Below are positions 62,871 through 64,000 of a stretch of DNA of 64,000 nt, piece by piece. The stretch's first letter is position 1; each line of letters opens with the position of its first letter. This DNA is from Octopus sinensis (Eukaryota): positions 22,816,001 to 22,880,000 of the forward strand of contig NC_042998.1 in NCBI RefSeq assembly GCF_006345805.1. Reading direction: 5' to 3'. The notes beneath the pieces are model-generated. The model saw only the letters and a program-made list of their open reading frames with translations. It did no database searches and was not told where the DNA came from. A program made the translations under genes and the position numbers.

Positions 62871-63440
62871 TTGGGTTGTCCGGAAAGTTTGTGCCGATTT
62901 ATAGTAGCTTACATTTCGACTTATTTTAGAACATGGTTGAGTCCATAAAATAGGATTTGACTACACCTCCATTTAGAGCACGGTTTAAGCTATCTTTTCG
63001 TGGAAGAAGTTTTATGTTCCTATAATCTGTGTTAATTCCGTAACCCTTTAAAATGGAAGATAAGAAAGTTCATTTTCGGCACTTGATGCTTTGGGAACCA
63101 GACAAAAATTGCTGCAGCTTGGCTGAGATGTGTTACCCCACCCTCCATATTCACCAGATATTGCGCCTTCGGATTTCCAGTTATTCAGGTCTCTGCAGAA
63201 TAGTCTTAATGGTAAAAATTTCAATTCCTTGGATGACATAAAAAGATACCTTGATGAATTAATTCTTTGCCATGAAACCACCTCAGTTCTGGGAAGAGGA
63301 TGTTTTCAAGTTAAAGGAAAGATGGAGACGCATTGTGCAACAAAATGGTTCATATTCGGTTGATTAAATATGTAATGGCAAGTATTTATTGACCTTTTTC
63401 TTTCCTTTAAAAATTGGCCCGAACTTTCTGGACAACCCAA
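62871..63440 (+). mobile_element. Internally deleted mariner (DD34D-type) element, 570 bp
   Basis: TA|ttgggttgtccggaaag...ctttctggacaacccaa|TA. The N-terminus MEDKKVHFRHLML is fused to LPHPPYSPDIAPSDFQLFRSLQNSL. Confidence 0.9.
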
Positions 63441-63519
63441 TAGTTTCCTTTGTGAGTGGCACAATTGCGCCATCATTGAACACAACTTTAGGAAACATAG
63501 ATCTGCACAGTTGTGCTAA

Positions 63520-63990
63520 ATTCTTCATGGTCATTTCCACTCCAACTACATCATCATGTCTTTGACCCTGAAGATTGTCCTTCAATGGATCAAACATGAG
63601 AAAGCTGGACAAACCACTGACCGGCTCAATTTGCTGATCACCTTATTTATTACCAAAGATGTGCATGGCCATGTAGTGCCATGGTAAATGTAGATCCTTT
63701 TTGGATTCCTGCTTGGTCTCTTCTTCCTCTCAGTGGCTTTTCTAGGCTTTTTGGAATGTCCTGATGTACTGCTTGCTGTTCATGGTATACCCAATTCCAA
63801 GAAAATCAAGGAAAATGACACCATTATCAACCCCTGAAATAGTCCCTATAACTTTCTATGCTGATCACAAGTGCTTGAACAACAGAATTCTGCTTCACAC
63901 ATGGCATTATAACCTACCATAACTGGGGGATTTTTCATGAAAACTTAAATTATTCTGGTGTGTCTAGGGAGTCATTTTCTTTTTGTGCCT
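63520..63990 (-). pseudogene. Old mariner transposase catalytic-domain relic
   Basis: VIGTISGVDNGVIFLDFLGIGYTMNSKQYIRTFQK and SFLMFDPLKDNLQGQRHDD resemble mariner motifs. Confidence 0.6.
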
Positions 63991-64000
63991 TATACTTTAA

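Overview
AT-rich, repeat-dominated eukaryotic genomic DNA; the repeat content resembles octopus/cephalopod DNA (inference from recalled repeat families, not a database match). There is a 100-N gap at 9920-10019. The only supportable host gene is the 3' end of a + strand BEN-domain gene: exon 2287-2512 spliced in phase 1 to exon 6680-6810. The rest is mostly tRNA-derived SINEs (at least 4 families), RTE LINE tails, a 3.1-kb 5'-truncated RTE LINE, and CR1/Jockey-type LINE fragments. It also holds DD37D (maT) and DD34D mariner derivatives, hAT fragments, piggyBac-like MITEs, non-autonomous Helitrons and large microsatellite fields. The main unannotated signal is nine type-I hammerhead-ribozyme-like motifs of about seven sequence types, folded by eye. 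They include a 3-copy family with a non-canonical CUGUNGA core, a three-ribozyme cluster at 15.8-16.3 kb, a motif with an 89-nt loop II, and a Penelope 3' end with a tRNA-like Pol III head just upstream of its hammerhead. The RTE ORF2 carries a C4HC3 PHD finger inside its RT region. Repeat boundaries are approximate to about 10 bp unless TSDs or TIRs are given; all family assignments were made by eye.
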